The notes under the pieces: model-generated
The model's database searches: none
What the model was told of the DNA's origin: nothing
The model's input: only the letters and a program-made list of their open reading frames with translations
Part shown: positions 29,422 through 39,220 of the stretch, one piece after another
How the letters are laid out: each line of letters begins with the position of its first letter
Numbering within the stretch: position 1 is the stretch's first letter
Program-made: the position numbers and the translations under genes
From: Polyangiales bacterium
GTDB taxonomy: Bacteria; Myxococcota_A; Polyangia; Polyangiales; Ga0077539
Assembly: GCA_044229975.1 (NCBI GenBank)
Contig: JBGARZ010000008.1
Location: forward strand, 352,001-416,000
Length of the DNA: 64,000 nucleotides
Reading direction: 5' to 3'

Positions 29422-30594
29422 CTAGTCGCGGGTCGGCACGGGACCAGCGTCGTAGGCGGGGATGCCCGTGACGGCCTGACCGAGCACCAGCGTGTGGATG
29501 TCGTGCGTGCCCTCGTAGGTGATGACCGTCTCGAGGTTCATCAGGTGGCGCCCGATGGGGTACTCGTAGGTGATCCCGTTGCCGCCGAGGATGTCACGGC
29601 ACTGCCGCGCGATGACCAGCGCCATGTGCACGTTGTTGCGCTTGGCGAGCGACACCTGCGCGGGCTTCATCTGCTTGGCTTCCTTCAGCCGACCGAGCCG
29701 CCACGCGACGAGCTTCGCCTTGGTGATCTCGGTGATCATCTCGGCGAACTTCGCCTGCACGAGCTGGTAGCCCGCGATGGGCCGCGAGAACTGCACGCGG
29801 TTCTTCGCGTAGTCGACGGCGCAGTCGAAGCACGCCTCGGCGGCGCCGATGGCCCCCCAGGAGATGCCGTAGCGCGCGTTGGTGAGGCACCCGAGCGGCC
29901 CCTTGAGACCCTGCACGTTGGGCATGAGCGCCGACTCCGGCACCTCGACGTCTTCGAGGATGAGCTCGCTCGTGACCGACGCGCGCAGCGAAAACTTCCG
30001 CTCGATCTTCTGCGCCGTGAACCCCGGCGTGTTGGTGGGAACCACGAAGCCGCGGATGACCCCGTCGAGCTTCGCCCAGATGACGGCGACGTCGGCGATG
30101 TTGCCGTTGGTGATCCACCGCTTGGTGCCGTTGAGCACGAAGCCCTTGTCGGTGCGGTCGGCCCTGGTGATCATCCCGCCGGGGTTGGAGCCGAAGTCCG
30201 GCTCGGTGAGGCCGAAGCAGCCGACGGCCTCGCCCTTCGCGAGCTTCGGCAGCCACTCCTGCTTCTGCTCCTCGGAGCCGTAGGCGTAGATCGGGTACAT
30301 CACCAGCGCGCCCTGCACCGAGCAGAACGACCGGATGCCCGAGTCGCAGCGTTCGAGCTCCTGCATCACGAGGCCGTAGGCGACGTCGCCCATGCCCGCG
30401 CAGCCGTAGCCGTGGAGGTTGGCGCCGAGGAGCCCCAGCCGACCGAACTCGGGGATGAGCTCGGTGGGGAAGGTTCCATCCTCGTAGTGCTTGGAGATGA
30501 TCGGCTGGATCTTGGCGTCGACGAAGGCCCGCACGCTGTCGCGGACCATGCGCTCTTCCTCGGTCAGCAGCTCACTGATGTCGTAGAAATCCAC
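29422..30594 (-). CDS. Acyl-CoA dehydrogenase (glutaryl-CoA dehydrogenase-like)
   Basis: GCFGLTEPDFGS, KRWITN, QFSRPI, TYEGTHDIH. Confidence 0.92.
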   Translation of the reverse strand: MDFYDISELLTEEERMVRDSVRAFVDAKIQPIISKHYEDGTFPTELIPEFGRLGLLGANLHGYGCAGMGDVAYGLVMQELERCDSGIRSFCSVQGALVMYPIYAYGSEEQKQEWLPKLAKGEAVGCFGLTEPDFGSNPGGMITRADRTDKGFVLNGTKRWITNGNIADVAVIWAKLDGVIRGFVVPTNTPGFTAQKIERKFSLRASVTSELILEDVEVPESALMPNVQGLKGPLGCLTNARYGISWGAIGAAEACFDCAVDYAKNRVQFSRPIAGYQLVQAKFAEMITEITKAKLVAWRLGRLKEAKQMKPAQVSLAKRNNVHMALVIARQCRDILGGNGITYEYPIGRHLMNLETVITYEGTHDIHTLVLGQAVTGIPAYDAGPVPTRD

Positions 30595-30683
30595 GGATAT
30601 TCGGCTCCTCTCGGGCGCGGACCCTACCACTGGTGCCCCGCGCGAGCGGCCCACGTTGCCGAGAGATTTTCTCCACGAGTTGC

Positions 30684-30712
30684 TTGACAGTCCCCGCGTG
30701 ATCGAGTTTATT
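30684..30712 (+). promoter_or_regulatory. Sigma70-type promoter for tRNA
   Basis: TTGACA-17 bp-TTTATT followed by GC-rich discriminator. Confidence 0.6.
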
Positions 30713-30725
30713 GCGCGTCCCCGAT

Positions 30726-30798
<73 letters not shown>

Positions 30799-30818
30799 CA
30801 AAAAACCCTGAAAAGGTC

Positions 30819-30856
30819 ACAAAGGCCGGTCCGCTTCACCGCGGGTCGGCCTTTGT
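30819..30856 (+). terminator. Rho-independent terminator after tRNA
   Basis: acaaaggccggtccgc-ttcacc-gcgggtcggcctttgt. Confidence 0.7.
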
Positions 30857-31021
30857 CGTGTCCGGGCTCCGCGAGTTCTGACCGTCCGTTCGTGATTTCG
30901 GGCTTGCGAAACCTACCTCCGGACAGGCAGAGGGAGGGAGAGTCGTCGGGCTTGCGCGAGAGGTACACGTTGGGCACCATCGCTTGAGCCTGTTTTCAGG
31001 GCAATTCACTCAGGATGTGCC

Positions 31022-31786
31022 ATGGCGGTGCGCGTAAAACTCGATGAGAAGCTGAAGGTCCTGGAGGAGCATCTCGCCGCCCAGGACGAGTCGGTGCTGG
31101 CGCAGTTCCAGGAGCGCCTCGACATGTCGTGGATCTTCCACGACACGGCGCTGGAGGGCACGGTGCTGTCCTTCCACGAGCTGAAGAGCGCCATCGACCG
31201 CGACGTGGTCTCCGACGTCTCGCTCATCCCGACCTACGACGAGATCCGCGCCCACAAGGCGGCCATCGATCTGGTGCGGGAGTTTGCGGCCAACAAGAAG
31301 AAGCACCCGCTGACGATGGACCTGCTGAAGCAGCTCCAGGCGACCATCTCGCCCGACGACGCCGAGGTGCGCGACGGGACGTGGCGCAAGGAGACCCCCG
31401 TCCATCGGCTGTACTTCCATGACATCTCGGCGCCCGACAAGATCGCCGGCGAGATCAAGAAGCTCGACGACTGGCTGCAAGACCCGGAGACCCGCAAGGC
31501 CAACTCCCTCCGCACGGCGTCGAAGCTGCACTTCAAGCTCATGCAGATCTTCCCGTTCTCCAAGCACACCGGGAAGCTCGCCCGCCTGGGGATGAACCTC
31601 GTGTTGCTGCGCGCGGGCTACCCCCCGGCGATCATCCACTCGACCGAGCGGCAGCGGTACTACGAGAGCCTCAAGGGCCCGAGCCTCACGCTGCACAACC
31701 TCATGGTCGACTCGCTGGAAAACTCCATCGAGAGCGCGATCAAGCTCTTCGCCGAGCAGCGCACCGGCCGCCGCGCGATGGCGTAG
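31022..31786 (+). CDS. Fic/Fido family protein with non-canonical active site
   Basis: HDTALEG helix, DGTWRK, QIFPFSKHTGKLAR, GYPPAII. Confidence 0.8.
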   Translation: MAVRVKLDEKLKVLEEHLAAQDESVLAQFQERLDMSWIFHDTALEGTVLSFHELKSAIDRDVVSDVSLIPTYDEIRAHKAAIDLVREFAANKKKHPLTMDLLKQLQATISPDDAEVRDGTWRKETPVHRLYFHDISAPDKIAGEIKKLDDWLQDPETRKANSLRTASKLHFKLMQIFPFSKHTGKLARLGMNLVLLRAGYPPAIIHSTERQRYYESLKGPSLTLHNLMVDSLENSIESAIKLFAEQRTGRRAMA

Positions 31787-31878
31787 CCATCCCGTCGCAA
31801 GGTCACCGCGCCCGGCCGCCGCGGGTTGAAAACCCACGGCAGCCGGGCGCGATGACCTTCAAAGAGAAGGCTGAGGGA

Positions 31879-32010
31879 TCAGCGCTTGTCCCGCTGCTGC
31901 TTGCGGCGCACCTCGTCGCGCACCGCCCTCGCGCCCATCGTGTACCCGATGAACACCCCGAGCAGCAGCACGCCCGGGATGAACACCACGTGCTCGGGCG
32001 TCGGGATCAC
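31879..32010 (-). CDS. Small (43 aa) membrane protein in ccm operon
   Basis: Hand translation MIPTPEHVVFIPGVLLLGVFIGYTMGARAVRDEVRRKQQRDKR; GTGA-coupled to upstream gene. Confidence 0.7.
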   Translation of the reverse strand: MIPTPEHVVFIPGVLLLGVFIGYTMGARAVRDEVRRKQQRDKR

Positions 32011-32321
32011 TGTGCCTCGTCCCCGTCACCCCGCTTCGCCAGCGCGTCTTCGAGCGAGCGCACGTCCTCCTCCAGCTTCGCCGCGCTCCTCGCCACGTAG
32101 GCCACGTACCCGCCGATGGCCAGCACCGCGAACCCGTAGGCCAGCACCACCAACCGCCCGCCCGGAACCCTCTCCTGCGCCGCGTCGCCGAGCCCCGGCT
32201 CGAAGGCCATCGCGCGCCCGCCCGCCGGATCACCCGACGCCGGCTGCGCCCCCGCGCCACCCGCCAGCAGCGCCACGAGCGCCCCTGCGAATACACCCTG
32301 CCGTAAAACCCTCGCGCGCAT
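32007..32321 (-). CDS. ccmD: CcmD-like protein with N-terminal extension
   Basis: LVVLAYG...GYV TM followed by charged helix; directly after ccmC. Confidence 0.6.
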   Translation of the reverse strand: MRARVLRQGVFAGALVALLAGGAGAQPASGDPAGGRAMAFEPGLGDAAQERVPGGRLVVLAYGFAVLAIGGYVAYVARSAAKLEEDVRSLEDALAKRGDGDEAQ

Positions 32322-32323
32322 GA

Positions 32324-33025
32324 TCAGGCCACCTCTCCGTCCAACAACCCGCGGGCGACCGCGTCGGTGCGCAGCGCCTCCAGCTTCGCCCGCTGCAACA
32401 TCAGCCGCGACCGCAGCGTCAGCAGCACCGCCGCCATCAACGTAAACGCCAGGAACCCCATGGTGAGCGTCTGCGCCATGGCGTGCGCCACCCCGCCGCC
32501 GCGCGAGGTGATGACCGTCGGGTGCTGCCCCCGCCAGAGCAGCACGCTGTAATGGATCACCGGCATCACGCAGGCCCCCATCACCGCGAGCGCCGCCGAG
32601 AACTTCTTCTCCGCCTCGCCCGCTGACTGTCCCCCGCGCAGCACGAGGTACGCCGTGAAGATGAGCGCGCCCAGCAGCGTGGTGGTGAGCCGCGGGTCCC
32701 ACGCCCAGTACGCGCCCCATGCCTTGCGCGCCCAGAGCGGGCCCGTCACCAGCACGATGCACGCGAAGAGCACCCCGAGCTCGGCCCCGGCCTGCGCCAG
32801 CGCGTCCCACCCAGGGCGCTTCTGCACGAGGTACCCGATGGAACCCGACACGCAGGCCGTCACGCCGATGTACATGACGTACGCGCTCGGCACGTGGATG
32901 TAGAAGATCTTCTGCGCGAGGCCCCCGGCCGAGAGCTGCGCCACCGGCGCATACCCGAACGCCAGCCCGATGGTCACCGCCAGGCAACCGAAGGCAACGA
33001 TGGAAAGAAGCGAGAGCCACCGCAT
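32324..33025 (-). CDS. ccmC: Heme exporter protein C
   Basis: IFYIHVP, GPLWARKAWGAYWAWDPRLT (WWD domain), WRGQHP. Confidence 0.92.
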   Translation of the reverse strand: MRWLSLLSIVAFGCLAVTIGLAFGYAPVAQLSAGGLAQKIFYIHVPSAYVMYIGVTACVSGSIGYLVQKRPGWDALAQAGAELGVLFACIVLVTGPLWARKAWGAYWAWDPRLTTTLLGALIFTAYLVLRGGQSAGEAEKKFSAALAVMGACVMPVIHYSVLLWRGQHPTVITSRGGGVAHAMAQTLTMGFLAFTLMAAVLLTLRSRLMLQRAKLEALRTDAVARGLLDGEVA

Positions 33026-33103
33026 GATCGGCGCGCACCCTAGTACAGACACCGCGCTAAGCAACGCCCCTGCGACCGCGAAAATCATGCGGCGAGGTGC
33101 GCC

Positions 33104-34276
33104 GTGAGCGAGTGGCTGCACCCCGTCGAGCCGGGCTGGGAGGAGGTTCTCCAGCAGTGCGTCGGTCGACCCATCGCCCCGGAGGCGCTCGCGCTCATGG
33201 TCGCCCGCCAGTCGCGGCGCTACCTCGGCGAAGACGTTCCGCTCGCGCCCGCCGATGGTCTCGCTGCGCGCGCGCTGTTCTGGTTTCCGCGCGACGTGCT
33301 CAAGGTCGCTCGCGCCGTCGGAGAGCTCTCCTGGGCGGGCGCCCTCCCCGATCGACCGCTCCGCATCCTCGACCTCGGCGCGGGCCTCGGCGCCACCAGC
33401 CTCGGCGCCCTGCGCGCGCTCCCGCCCACGGCGCAGGTGTCGTCGATCACCGCGGCCGACCACGATCCGGCCGCCCTCAACCTCCTGCGACGCATCGCCG
33501 ATCGCGCGGTGAAGGCCGGGCTCCTCCCGCCAACCACGCCCGCCGTCACGACCACCACCGTCGACCTGTCACAACCCCACTGGTCCGACGAGCTCGGCGT
33601 ACATGACCTGGTATTCGCGGGGCTGACGGCGGTGGAGTTCACACGCGACGCGGGCGGCGAAGCGGTACGAGGCGAGGCGGTCGCGCGCTTTCTGCGCGAG
33701 GCGATGAAGCTGGTGGCTGACGATGGTGCCCTGGTGGTGCTCGAACCGGGTTCGCGCGCGGAGAGCCGGGTGCTGCACGTCGCACGCTCCCTGATGCTCG
33801 AAGGCGGGGCGACGGTGTTCGCGCCGTGCCTGCACGCGAAGGGGTGCCCCATGCTTCGAACGTCTCGCGACTGGTGCCACGAAGACCTCGCGGATGTGTC
33901 GCTGCCGCCGTGGTTGGTTCCGGTCGCGAAGGCCGCGGGGCTGCGCTGGGAGGGGCTGACGTGGTCGTACCTGGTGCTGCGACGCGACGGGAAGACCCTG
34001 CGCGATGCGATGCCCGGTGGGACGCCCGTTCGGATGGTGTCGCAGCCCGAGGTGACCAAGGGCAAGACCGAGGCGTGGTGGTGCGGTCCGCTGACGGAGA
34101 CGCGCGGCGACCTGCGCGTGGTGGAGCTCGACCGCGTGGCGAAGCACGCCACGGGGACGCGCCTGCGCGACGTCGCCCGGGGGACGCTGCTCACGTTGGA
34201 TGAAGGGGGCGGAAGTGGTGAAGAGGGGAAGGCGCTGCGGCTCGACCCGGCGCGCTGGCGCCCGCGGTGGCCGTGA
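33104..34276 (+). CDS. Rsm22/METTL17-like SAM methyltransferase
   Basis: ILDLGAGLG, LEPG, APCLHAKGCP, WCH, SYLVLRR. Confidence 0.8.
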   Translation: MSEWLHPVEPGWEEVLQQCVGRPIAPEALALMVARQSRRYLGEDVPLAPADGLAARALFWFPRDVLKVARAVGELSWAGALPDRPLRILDLGAGLGATSLGALRALPPTAQVSSITAADHDPAALNLLRRIADRAVKAGLLPPTTPAVTTTTVDLSQPHWSDELGVHDLVFAGLTAVEFTRDAGGEAVRGEAVARFLREAMKLVADDGALVVLEPGSRAESRVLHVARSLMLEGGATVFAPCLHAKGCPMLRTSRDWCHEDLADVSLPPWLVPVAKAAGLRWEGLTWSYLVLRRDGKTLRDAMPGGTPVRMVSQPEVTKGKTEAWWCGPLTETRGDLRVVELDRVAKHATGTRLRDVARGTLLTLDEGGGSGEEGKALRLDPARWRPRWP

Positions 34277-34279
34277 GTC

Positions 34280-34912
34280 TCAGATGCTGAACGGCAGGAC
34301 GAACTCCTGGCGGTCGTACGTGAACGTGAAGCTGTACGCGCCGACGATGTGGCCGCCGACGGCGATGGAGAGGGTGACCGGGGTCGCGGCGGTGCGGCAC
34401 ATGTCGTACGCGACGAGCCGGATGCGGTAGGTGCCCGACGGGGGCTGCGAGCTCCAGTAGACGTTTTCGACGGTGGGGGGCGCGACGCTGCAAGCGGCGT
34501 TGGCGTCGCGGTCGAGCACGCCGCCCGACGAGCTGTTGCGGTGGGCGTAGTAGATCTCCTCGTTCATCGGGTCGAGGACGTGGAGGTCGATGTCGGAGGA
34601 GGAGTTCCACGCGGCGGTGATCTGGATGTTGCCGGTCTGGTAGCCGCAGCCCTCGTCGATGACGCCGTTGCAGTTGTCGTCGAGGCCGTTGCACTGCTCA
34701 GCCGAGCCCTGCACGCACTGCTGCTGGATGACCGTCACGCCCGTGGGGACAGTCACGTTGGCGTTGAGGTTGGTGCTGGCCGTGACGGTGGGCGCCGGCA
34801 CGTTGATGGTCGACTGAATCCCGAGGCCCCCCTGGCCGCGGACGACACAGCCCGAGAGCACCCACGCGCCCAGCGCGACGGCGACACACGACGAGAGAAC
34901 CCGGTACTTCAT
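34280..34912 (-). CDS. Lipoprotein with GLDDNCNG repeat and YfaP-like domain
   Basis: Lipobox LSGC; EQCNGLDDNCNGVIDEGC; W...DIDLHVLDP...LDRDAN...ENVYW. Confidence 0.8.
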   Translation of the reverse strand: MKYRVLSSCVAVALGAWVLSGCVVRGQGGLGIQSTINVPAPTVTASTNLNANVTVPTGVTVIQQQCVQGSAEQCNGLDDNCNGVIDEGCGYQTGNIQITAAWNSSSDIDLHVLDPMNEEIYYAHRNSSSGGVLDRDANAACSVAPPTVENVYWSSQPPSGTYRIRLVAYDMCRTAATPVTLSIAVGGHIVGAYSFTFTYDRQEFVLPFSI

Positions 34913-35051
34913 GAATGGACTCCTGTGAGTTGGTGTGAGGGCCCGCGTGCGGGGCCTGACTGGGATTTGAGAGGTCGACCCGGTTTCTACACCAGAAGAA
35001 TCCTCGGGTGAGAATCGCCGCGTCGCCGTCGGTGATACGTTGCCCACCGCC

Positions 35052-35873
35052 ATGGCTTTCACCCGTGAGATCGAGGTCGCGCTGGAGGCCGCCCGCACCG
35101 CCGCGCGGAGGATACACGCGCTGTACGTGAGCGGCGTCGAGGTCTCGTGGAAGGGCCACGACGACCCGGTGACCACCGCCGACCACGAGGCCAACGCCCT
35201 CATCGTCGCCACGCTGCGCGAGGCGTTTCCAAGCGACGGCCTGTGCGCGGAGGAGAGCGACGGGGCGGAGTCCCTCGCGGCGGCGTCGCGCGGCGAGCGC
35301 TGCTGGTTCGTCGATCCGCTCGACGGCACCAAGGACTTCGTCCAGCGCAACGGCGAGTTCTGCACGATGGTGGGCCTCGCGGTGGACGGCCGCGCCGCGC
35401 TCGGCGTCGTGGTGTCGCCCGTCAGCGGGGTCGCGCTGGTGGGCGTTCCGGGTGAGGGCGCGTGGTCCATCGACCCCGACGGGGAGCGCCGCGCGATGGT
35501 GGCGAAGGCGCCGGAGTCATGGGCGACGGCGAGGCTCATCGGGTCGCGCTCGCACCCCAATCCCCGCGTGACGACGCTGGCCCGCGCGCTCGGCATCACC
35601 TCACAGATGGTGCGCGGGAGCGTCGGGCTGAAGGTCGCCGCGGTGGCCACTGGCGAGAGCGACCTCTACGTTCACCTGGGGCGTGGTCCGAAGCTCTGGG
35701 ACGGCTGCGCGCCGGAGGCCATCGCGCGGGGCGCGGGGCTGCGGGTGAGCGACGCCCTCGGGCGGGACATCGACTACCACGCGACGCGCCTCGACCTCGA
35801 CCAGGGCATCGTGGTGGTGCACCCCGACGTGCATCGCACGGTGATCGAGACGCTCGCGTCGGTGCCGGATTGA
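35052..35873 (+). CDS. cysQ: Inositol monophosphatase family / CysQ-like phosphatase
   Basis: PVTTAD, EE, WFVDPLDGTKDF, SRSH, WDGCA. Confidence 0.85.
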   Translation: MAFTREIEVALEAARTAARRIHALYVSGVEVSWKGHDDPVTTADHEANALIVATLREAFPSDGLCAEESDGAESLAAASRGERCWFVDPLDGTKDFVQRNGEFCTMVGLAVDGRAALGVVVSPVSGVALVGVPGEGAWSIDPDGERRAMVAKAPESWATARLIGSRSHPNPRVTTLARALGITSQMVRGSVGLKVAAVATGESDLYVHLGRGPKLWDGCAPEAIARGAGLRVSDALGRDIDYHATRLDLDQGIVVVHPDVHRTVIETLASVPD

Positions 35874-35884
35874 AGCGCGGTGGT

Positions 35885-36097
35885 ATGGTGCCCGGAGTGA
35901 CACCGAGACTCGACGAAACGCTGAGCTGCCACGCGTGCGACGCCCCCATCGAGGGTGAGCCCGCCGGGCATGGAATGATGCTGTGGGTGCGGGGCGACGA
36001 GGTGGTGCGCGAAGAGCTGCCGCTCTGCGAACGCTGCGCGCTGGCGGTGTCCATGACCGCGCTCGACCGCATCTTCATCGAGGAGGAGGAGGGTTGA
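35885..36097 (+). CDS. Small protein with two CxxC pairs (Zn-binding?)
   Basis: CHAC...CERC; operon-like spacing. Confidence 0.65.
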   Translation: MVPGVTPRLDETLSCHACDAPIEGEPAGHGMMLWVRGDEVVREELPLCERCALAVSMTALDRIFIEEEEG

Positions 36098-36687
36098 CCG
36101 CCCTGTGGCCGGCGCGCTCGGCGATTCGCCCCATCGCCAGCTACGCGATGGTGTCGGCCGAGGCGGTCGACGCCGCGGAGTCCGACGTCTCCGACGACGG
36201 CGATCTGGAGGCCCAGGTGATGGGCGGGTTTGCGGCGCTGGAGTTCGCGCAGCCGGCGCTCGGCCGCTGGCTACGCGCGGTGGTCGAGCCGGTGCGCGAC
36301 GAGACGGCGCAGGCGCTGGGGTACTTCCTCGCCATCGTGGTGTACGGGGCGTTCGTGTCGGCCTTCGGGCAGCGGGTGCGCCGGGTCGACGAGGCGACGC
36401 TGGCGACGGTGCAGGCGACCTTCGAGTGGGACGAGGAGCTGCGTCGCGGCGACGCCGACGAGGTGCTGGAGAGCGACGACCTGGTGGCCATCGGGCAGCC
36501 GCACCTGATGGCCTTCGTGCGCGAGCAGGTCGAGGCGGCGCTAGAGCCCGACGAGGACGGCGACCCGGCGGACGTCGATCTGGATGCGGTGGCGAGCGTG
36601 TACCGGGGCGTGCTGATGGAGATCCTCGCGCTGGGGCAGTCGCTCATGTCGCCGAAGGGCGAGCGCGCCAACGACCTGCTGGCGTAG
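36094..36687 (+). CDS. Acidic helical hypothetical protein
   Basis: TTGA-coupled start; two QP-containing half repeats (QPAL, QPHL). Confidence 0.7.
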   Translation: MTALWPARSAIRPIASYAMVSAEAVDAAESDVSDDGDLEAQVMGGFAALEFAQPALGRWLRAVVEPVRDETAQALGYFLAIVVYGAFVSAFGQRVRRVDEATLATVQATFEWDEELRRGDADEVLESDDLVAIGQPHLMAFVREQVEAALEPDEDGDPADVDLDAVASVYRGVLMEILALGQSLMSPKGERANDLLA

Positions 36688-38922
36688 CGCCCCACGGGTG
36701 ATGGTGGTGCGCGTCTCGCGCGGGTTGGTGACCTCGGTTGCGCTTGCCACCGACACTCCGAAGTCGTCCGCCGCCGCCGCGCCTTCAAGGAGGCGGTCCG
36801 GTGCGCGCGCGGTGCCCGTCGCGGGTTGGATCCACGTCGCGCCTCCATGGAACACGCTCGCCGTGCCCGCGTAGTCGCGCCCGCCCGGGTCTGCGCTCCG
36901 TGCCCCAACAATGAGGTCGGCGTAGCCGTCGCCGTTGACGTCGCCCGCGCCCGCGCCCGACCAGCCGAACGCATCGCCCGCCCTCGCGCCTTCAATGAGG
37001 CGGTCTGGGGTGCGTGCGATGCCTGCCGCGGGCTGGGTCCACGTCGCGCTCCCGTAGAATACGCTCGCCGTGCCTGCGGAGGTGCGCCCGCCTGGGTCGG
37101 CGAGATAAGCTCCGATGACGAGGTCAGCGTATCCGTCGCCGTTGACGTCCCCCGCACTCGCGACCGAAGTGCCGAACTCGTCGCCCGCCACCGCGCCTTC
37201 GAGGAGACGGTCCGGAGTGCGCGCGGTGCCCGCCGCGGGCTGGGTCCACGTTGCGCTCCCGTAGTAGACGCTCGCGGTACCCGCACCAACGCGCCCGCCC
37301 GGGTCGGCGCCCACTGCCCCGACGACGAGGTCGGCATACCCGTCGCCGTTGACGTCGCCCGCGCTCGCCATGGACAAGTTGAAGCTGTCATGCGGCGTTG
37401 CGCCTTCGAGCAGGCGGTCTGGGATGCACGCGGTGCCCGGCGCAGGTTGGGTCCATGTCGCGCTCCCGTAGTACACGCTCGCGGTACCCGCACTGGCGCG
37501 TCCACCCGGGTCGGCGCCCGCTGCCCCGACGACGAGGTCAGCGTACCCGTCGCCGTTGACGTCGCCCGCGCTCGCCACCGTCCCTCCGAAGTCGTCGTCC
37601 ACCGACGCGCCTTCGAGGAGGCGGTCAGGGCTGCGCGCGGAGCCCGCGGCGGGTTGAGTCCACGTCGCGCTCCCGTAGAACACGCTCGCCGTACCCGCGC
37701 CACTGCGCCCACCCGGGTCTGCGCTCCGTGCCCCGACGACGAGGTCGGCGTAACCATCGCCATCGACATCGCCCACCCCGGCGACCGACCAACCGAACAT
37801 GTCGCCCGACGCGACGCCTTCGAGAAGGCGATCTGGGGTACGCGCCGTGCCCGCCACAGGCCGGGTCCACGTTGCACTCCCGTAGAACACGGTCGCGGTC
37901 CCCGCACCACTGCGCCCACCCGGGTCGGCGTCTGACGTGCCAACAACAAGATCGGCGTACCCGTCGCCGTTGATGTCCCCCGCACTCGCCACCGAGAAGC
38001 CGAACACTCCACTTGCCTCCCCGCCTTCAAGGAGGCGGTCTGGAGTGCGCACGGTACCCGCGGCGGGTTGGGTCCACGTCGCGCTCCCGTAGAACACGCT
38101 CGCCGTGCCCACGCGACCACCAGGTCTCACTTCTCTCGCGCCGACGACGAGATCATCGAAGCCGTCGCCGTTGATGTCGAAGTGGGGATTGAAGCTGGTG
38201 TCGACCGCCGTGCTCGCGCTCATCGCGGGCACGTGGAAGATCCACGTCGGACTCATGCCGGAGCGCTCCACGGTCCCCACGCGCCCGCGCATCCGCCAGA
38301 ACACCGTGCTCCGCGCGGGCAGATCGGCCGTGGGTCTCGCGCTCGTGCCGGTGACCCGCAGCGTCTCGATGACGCTCGTGCACGCGCGGTCGCGGCACAG
38401 CTCCACGACGGCGCCGTCGATGCCCGCGGGGAGCGCCCACCGGAGGGTCGGTCGTCGCTGCGTCACGTCGCCCAACGAGATGGGAGCGAGAGCTCTCGGC
38501 GCGTCGTTCGCCACGCAGAGGGTGCCCACCGGGTGAGTTCCCGTGGCGCACGCGCAGGTCCCCATCACGCACGACCACCCCGCCTCGCACGCACGGTTGC
38601 AGGCGCCGCAGTGGTAGACGCTTGTCGCGGTGTCCACGCAGGTCGCCCCGCAGAGCGTCGTGCCGGCGTCGCAGGTCAACGCCGTGTCGATGACTGGCAC
38701 GTCAACCGCGGGTGATGTGTCGACCACTGGCGCGTCCATCGGGGACGGTGTGTCGACGACGGGCGTATCCACCTCGGGGAGCACGTCGATCACGACGAGG
38801 TCGGACACCGCCGCGTCGGCCGAAACGTGCGTGACGGTCCCACTGCACGCCCCAAGGGACGCGGTCGCCAACAGCGCGCCCGCTAGAGCCGCACGCCACC
38901 ACGCCGTGTTTCGTTCGGTCAT
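36541..38922 (-). CDS. FG-GAP (integrin-alpha-like) repeat lipoprotein
   Basis: Lipobox LGAC; VDTP spacer; one CVD...HCGAC repeat; about seven ~70-aa units with FGxSVASAGDVNGDGYADLVVGA. Confidence 0.9.
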   Translation of the reverse strand: MTERNTAWWRAALAGALLATASLGACSGTVTHVSADAAVSDLVVIDVLPEVDTPVVDTPSPMDAPVVDTSPAVDVPVIDTALTCDAGTTLCGATCVDTATSVYHCGACNRACEAGWSCVMGTCACATGTHPVGTLCVANDAPRALAPISLGDVTQRRPTLRWALPAGIDGAVVELCRDRACTSVIETLRVTGTSARPTADLPARSTVFWRMRGRVGTVERSGMSPTWIFHVPAMSASTAVDTSFNPHFDINGDGFDDLVVGAREVRPGGRVGTASVFYGSATWTQPAAGTVRTPDRLLEGGEASGVFGFSVASAGDINGDGYADLVVGTSDADPGGRSGAGTATVFYGSATWTRPVAGTARTPDRLLEGVASGDMFGWSVAGVGDVDGDGYADLVVGARSADPGGRSGAGTASVFYGSATWTQPAAGSARSPDRLLEGASVDDDFGGTVASAGDVNGDGYADLVVGAAGADPGGRASAGTASVYYGSATWTQPAPGTACIPDRLLEGATPHDSFNLSMASAGDVNGDGYADLVVGAVGADPGGRVGAGTASVYYGSATWTQPAAGTARTPDRLLEGAVAGDEFGTSVASAGDVNGDGYADLVIGAYLADPGGRTSAGTASVFYGSATWTQPAAGIARTPDRLIEGARAGDAFGWSGAGAGDVNGDGYADLIVGARSADPGGRDYAGTASVFHGGATWIQPATGTARAPDRLLEGAAAADDFGVSVASATEVTNPRETRTTITRGALRQQVVGALALRRHERLPQREDLHQHAPVHARHRIQIDVRRVAVLVGL

Positions 38923-38969
38923 CGCCGCTCTCCCTCACCATCGGCCCGGTAGCCCGATGCGTCCTCCTT

Positions 38970-39139
38970 GTACCGCGTCGCAAGAGTTCTGACGGGTTGG
39001 AGGCCGCAAGGGCGCGAGGGTCGCAAGGAACAGATGAAATGAGATGAGGTGTTGGTGAGTCGCTCTATTCGTTCCGCCCTTGCGACCCTGGGCGTCCTTG
39101 CGGCCTCTCCAACCCGTCAGAACTCTTGCGACGGGGTAC
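38970..39139. repeat. Long palindrome (~60-bp arms, 50-nt loop)
   Basis: gtaccgcgtcgcaagagttctgacggg... / ...cccgtcagaactcttgcgacggggtac. Confidence 0.9.
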
Positions 39140-39220
39140 GAGTGTGCACCACGTTGCGTCGCCGCCTCCGAGTCGGGCTCTACGGCGACCTTCGCTCCGA
39201 ACTGCCCCGCACACTGGTCG

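Noticed and set aside
30799..31021. Genomic island integrated at tRNA-Ala
   Set aside because: No integrase, and no duplicated tRNA 3' end seen in the window.
36541..36687. Functional 147-bp convergent gene overlap
   Set aside because: The FG-GAP gene tail has no motif and is probably read-through after loss of a stop codon.
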